Below are positions 38,414 through 42,527 of a DNA stretch of 42,527 nucleotides, in pieces. Origin of the DNA: Candidatus Bathyarchaeia archaeon (lineage in GTDB: Archaea > Thermoproteota > Bathyarchaeia > Bathyarchaeales > Bathycorpusculaceae); the NCBI GenBank assembly GCA_049512075.1, contig JBEKXL010000021.1, forward strand, positions 1 through 42,527, read 5' to 3'. The notes beneath the pieces are model-generated. The model worked only from the letters and a program-made list of their open reading frames with translations. It searched no databases and was not told the DNA's origin. The position numbers and the translations under genes were made by a program. Position 1 is the stretch's first letter, and every line of letters begins with the position of its first letter.

Positions 38414-39089
38414 CCTTGACCAAAACTAAACCCCAGGTCAACAACTTTTGACAACAACACATAAGCCTTTGCACCCGCTAAAACTACAGACTACTCCTTC
38501 CTAGCCCCTCCCCGCAGCGTGCACCGAGAGCAAACAAGCTTAAACACTAGCGCGCTAAGTTAGACTAGTTCAGCTTCAAGGTCCCAGCCTTCCTACGTTC
38601 AGCACGTAGCCCTATGTTTCTGTTTTTGACATACTAGCATTATCGCAATTTCGTTTATATCGCGTCCTAGGCTAACTCTTCTTGGGGCTTAGGGATGAAG
38701 AGAAGGAGAAGGCTGTCACGAGAGGATTTCCTAAAGACACTGGACGTAATCATGCAGGACGGCCCAAACGTAGAATACAGAAACCCAGAGAAATGGAGAA
38801 ACCCTCAACATAACGCTTAACATAGCGGCGCTATGCAACAAAGAACCCTGGCTTCTTACACTCAAAAGTCTAGCCTACATTGAGCTTTCGAGTGCTGTCT
38901 GTCCGAAAGCTCGTTTATTCAACAGATAACAGAAAAGCTGAGGAAGATTGCGTTCTCACGTATTTTGCGTGGCCCGCGGGCTAAAAATGAATAATGCCTC
39001 TCTGCTCTTCCTCATACTATATTACAGAAAATCAGTCTGCAACATCGCCTTCCTGCGTATCGGCGCGCTGTTACAATCTCAACTTTGAG

Positions 39090-39144
39090 ACCTCTTAGAC
39101 CAATGTTGAGAGCAACATCATTTGTTACAAACGACTTAGCGCGC
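39090..39144. repeat. 55-bp dispersed direct repeat, copy 1, ending in TTAGCGCGC
   Basis: Ungapped match to 40848-40902, 43/55 identical by hand count. Confidence 0.85.
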
Positions 39145-39464
39145 TAGTCGGGAGCACATTGATTGCATAGTCCAGAGTTCTCTAAATATTCTTCCTCAGG
39201 GATTTCCTTGTCACATTGGATGCAATGATACTTTTCTTCCTCTTCCTCTTCTGATTCTGGTTCTTGTACTTTGGCTTCAATAGTGGCAGAAGTTAGAGGA
39301 TAATACCACTCTTTGATTGTGGTAGAGTCCTCAGTTGCTCCCGCAAAGCCTTCTTGGAGAAGATGATGTATGGAAGTATCCAAGTTTCCTATTTCCTCTG
39401 GGGTCAGAGTCAAGGCATCGTATATCTCATGGTTCTTTTTACATTCTTTCAGGTTACATTTCAT
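39144..39464 (-). CDS. Small acidic hypothetical protein with a C-terminal Zn finger (virus-like)
   Basis: CIQC...CNQC; its TAG stop is part of a TAGCGCGCTA palindrome. Confidence 0.65.
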   Translation of the reverse strand: MKCNLKECKKNHEIYDALTLTPEEIGNLDTSIHHLLQEGFAGATEDSTTIKEWYYPLTSATIEAKVQEPESEEEEEEKYHCIQCDKEIPEEEYLENSGLCNQCAPD

Positions 39465-39696
39465 TCCTTTTCCTCTCCTGTGAATTCTGCTAGGATTTTC
39501 AAGTCCTCGATTGTTTTTTTCCTCTTCTCTCGCATTGAAATTTTTGAAGGTACTGCTGGAAAGTTCTGCTTCCTTATCTCTTCAGCTGCAAACCTACTGA
39601 TAGTTCTCGCAACTTGTCTAAGTTCCTCAGCTTAGCGCGCTCTGTTCCATCAGCTGCACTGCGAACACTTCATTCTGAGCTTAGCTTTAGACAGCA

Positions 39697-40050
39697 CTAG
39701 CGGTAATCGACGAACTGTTTCAAAGCCCGAAACAAATCTTCTTTAATGTCCTTGACTGCTCTGAGCATTCTCTCTTTCACATTGCTAGCGGAGGCATGGC
39801 TAATGCGCTTGCGGCCAATGTACATGCGAGATAGACACCTGAGCGTAGTCCATGGCGTCTTGGTTACAAGTATGGACGTCTTGAGCAAATGCATATCCCA
39901 AATCATCCCACACACAATTTTCGAGAGCTCGTAACGGAGAACCAATATCAATTCATTCGCGGTTTTGCTTCTCCGTCGTCTCCACAATTCTGCTAGCAGT
40001 CTTGTATTTTGTCCCCTGAGCGAGTAGGCAATGTTGGTTTGCATGCTCAA
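39697..40050 (-). CDS. Hypothetical protein
   Basis: 117-aa ORF filling a motif-bounded segment; TTATAA upstream. Confidence 0.45.
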   Translation of the reverse strand: MSMQTNIAYSLRGQNTRLLAELWRRRRSKTANELILVLRYELSKIVCGMIWDMHLLKTSILVTKTPWTTLRCLSRMYIGRKRISHASASNVKERMLRAVKDIKEDLFRALKQFVDYR

Positions 40051-40181
40051 TTAAACGATTCGGGTTATAAGAAGCTTGTTTAGCCGTAATATTTACTATT
40101 GATAAGCGCGCGCGAATCAGAAAGAGTAATGTAGATAGGAAACTTGAGGGAATGGCTAAAAAAAAGCGCCATCACCAAAAT

Positions 40182-40508
40182 CTAGTGTTTAGTCTGCTTT
40201 TGTTTCCTTGTCGATTGGCTAAGGTTTTGAATGATTTGTTGAAAGATTCCTCTTTCTTTGGTAAGGATTTCAACAAAATTTGCGAGTTCCTCCCTTTGAA
40301 AACGCAGGTTGTTTGTTTCTCCTTGAAGCTGCGAGATTCTTTGTTTAGACGCCTTAATCTCGTTTCTCAACTCTCTAGCCTCTTTTCGAAGCTTCTCCAT
40401 CTCACTAGTCAAGATTTTCATATACGCCTTTAACTCATTCACCTGCTTCTGCAACTCTTCATATCTGGACCTCCGAACTAGACCAAAAATCACGGAAGAT
40501 TCCTCCAA
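40182..40508 (-). CDS. Coiled-coil hypothetical protein
   Basis: Clear heptad pattern (YEELQKQVNELK..LRKEARELRNEIK); start uncertain. Confidence 0.65.
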   Translation of the reverse strand: MEESSVIFGLVRRSRYEELQKQVNELKAYMKILTSEMEKLRKEARELRNEIKASKQRISQLQGETNNLRFQREELANFVEILTKERGIFQQIIQNLSQSTRKQKQTKH

Positions 40509-40847
40509 CGAGTAGGCATGGCAGCGCTTACGAGATCTAATATTGAGAAATCGATTGTCGGTCGGTAGCGCGCGCGCTTACTGAATGAAGAACATTGCAC
40601 GAACAAAACCGATCTATCTGCCATCACCGTCATCTCCATGACTGATTGAAGTCTCTGACCAATCCGTTATTAAAGGATTTTTCAGAATTAGAGCGCGCGC
40701 GTTTTACGACGCTACATACGCAATTCCAAAAAAACCACGAACTTGAGAAAGGTTTCTTCGACATTCTTGATAAATTCTTCCTCATGAGTAACCAAGAGTA
40801 TTATTCTGCAATGATAAGATAGGGCTTTCCCGATTTGAGTTTTGGCA

Positions 40848-40902
40848 ACCTCTTCAAGCAATGTTGAACAGAATATCAAATGTTACAAATGATTTAGCGC
40901 GC
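40848..40902. repeat. 55-bp dispersed direct repeat, copy 2
   Basis: Matches 39090-39144. Confidence 0.85.
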
Positions 40903-40928
40903 ACGAGGGAACCTCAACGGCAAAACGT

Positions 40929-41045
40929 TACAATGAACATTACATCTGACGTTACAAATAGACGGAACGGATTAGCTCTGAACGGTGTTCCAGCCCGTTT
41001 TTCTTCATGGTTTGTTAGAGTTACAGATTACATCTGACATTACAA
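40929..41045. repeat. Dispersed ~117-bp repeat, copy B
   Basis: Matches 18647-18762. Confidence 0.9.
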
Positions 41046-41171
41046 ACAAAGGGGGAGGGGGTCACTTTCGCGCGTTTCTCCCGAAGAAGACGCACTCCCA
41101 GATGCCAACGTTTAGAGCCCTGAAAAACCCAACCGCAAACTCAGCCCGCCCGCGTCAGCCTATGAAATCCT

Positions 41172-42023
41172 TTACTCCATCAACCATGAACCATCGCACA
41201 CTCCCGTGTTCAATTGGCTAAAGCCTTCCCTGCACGTGCCAAACTTCATCCCACACTTCCCAGCCAAACCTCCCACCCTCTCCATCAGCCTAAGCCTCAA
41301 ATCTTCAGGCAAGTAAAGATAACCCGCCTTTCTCACCCCTTCTTCAAAGTACAAAGACCTCAGCTTCTCCGCAACCTCAGGCAACTTGGCACTGAACCTT
41401 CGCCAACCGTCAGGCCTAACCTTAAACGTCGAACTCGTAACATGCCTCACACCCACAGAAGCCAACCTTCTCATCAAACTCTCCGGATCATCGTTCACAA
41501 ACGGAATAACCGGATCAACCCGCACAGAAACCGGTATGCCCTTCTCAACAAGAGCTTCAACCGCCCTCAAACGCGCTGAAGGCAGCGGAGCACCCGGCTC
41601 AATCAGCCCAGCCACGCAATCATCGTCCGTCGTCACCGTCAAAGAAACCATCGAAGGAACCCTCCTCAAAAGGTCAACATCTCTCACCACCAACGGAGAC
41701 TTCGTAACTATCTGAACCCTGCAATCGTGCTCCGACAAAATTTCCAAGCAATTTCGCATCAGCCCCGCTTCCGCTTCCACAGTGGGATAGGGATCTGAAG
41801 AATTAGAGATGGACAACGTTTCACCGTTCAACCTGCCAGCCTCCCTCGCCAACCTCTGGATCAGATCCTTCTTGGGCCGGCAACATGAAAACCTCGGCAC
41901 ATAACTCGAAGCATAACAGTACGTGCACGCGTGATCGCAACCAGTGTAAGGATTAAGAGTCAACTTCGAAGGACAAGTGCACAGACCAGAACGCCAAGGA
42001 TCAAACCTCGAAATCAAACCCAC
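41172..42023 (-). CDS. Radical SAM protein, spore photoproduct lyase-like family
   Basis: LNPYTGCDHACTYCY, SNSSDPY..E, IVTKS..V.RD.DLL, IEPGAP...RL, RVDPVIP. GTG 42023 preferred; the longer ORF runs into the rRNA trailer. Confidence 0.9.
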   Translation of the reverse strand: MGLISRFDPWRSGLCTCPSKLTLNPYTGCDHACTYCYASSYVPRFSCCRPKKDLIQRLAREAGRLNGETLSISNSSDPYPTVEAEAGLMRNCLEILSEHDCRVQIVTKSPLVVRDVDLLRRVPSMVSLTVTTDDDCVAGLIEPGAPLPSARLRAVEALVEKGIPVSVRVDPVIPFVNDDPESLMRRLASVGVRHVTSSTFKVRPDGWRRFSAKLPEVAEKLRSLYFEEGVRKAGYLYLPEDLRLRLMERVGGLAGKCGMKFGTCREGFSQLNTGVCDGSWLME

Positions 42024-42179
42024 ACAGTTCACTGACACAAACTCAGGTGTAGCGCATTCAAAAACGTTCGCCCTTGCCTGAAGAACCCGCCTTGAAAGAA
42101 GTGTTGAGGCACCGTGCATAAACCCGTTTTCACCCGCACACAGCAAGTTTCCCGATTAATTCGTCCAGACACTGCCTAT

Positions 42180-42527
<348 letters not shown>

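Noticed and set aside
40710-40885. ~55-codon minus-strand frame containing IILLVTHEEEF (ABC H-loop-like)
   Set aside because: Too short, no other ABC motifs, and it overlaps the 55-bp repeat; may be chance.
195-41045. CRISPR array or canonical integron as the explanation for the repeated motif
   Set aside because: The repeat is only 8-14 bp, spacers are 70-1700 bp and irregular, and no cas or intI gene or attC consensus was found.
20552-42146. Long N-terminal extensions in the ORF track (20552 GNAT, 26143 helicase, 29140 DUF47, 42146 radical SAM) and the many antisense ORFs
   Set aside because: They overlap other genes, promoters or the rRNA trailer; downstream starts fit domain boundaries and SD sites, and antisense ORFs shadow well-supported genes.

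Overview
Archaeal chromosomal segment. Bathyarchaeia is inferred from gene content and style (TBP, Alba, F420 genes, REC-PAS kinase, a 23S with no linked 5S), not from a database search. Core genes: TBP; a glnA plus split glutamate synthase operon; an ABC-2 exporter; a tandem-SIS sugar-phosphate isomerase; a nucleotide-sugar dehydrogenase; GNAT; an MBL hydrolase; an M48 protease; a Rieske ferredoxin; a DEAD helicase-Alba-SSB cluster; DUF47; a hybrid PAS histidine kinase; cofD/frhB-like/cofE; SCP2; an SPL-like radical SAM enzyme; and the 3' end of the 23S rRNA. One IS200-type element is present. Two signals are not explained by these genes. (1) A ~350-nt, almost fully base-paired intergenic element (33890-34241) looks like a large ncRNA but lacks RNase P and SRP signatures. 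(2) A highly iterated intergenic palindrome TA(GC)3-6TA(A), about 25 copies, delimits short AT-rich DNA pieces, cuts gene fragments exactly at the motif, and sits next to a dispersed repeat made of 12-bp TTACA boxes, resembling a leader plus an array of captured cassettes. All counts and alignments were done by eye.
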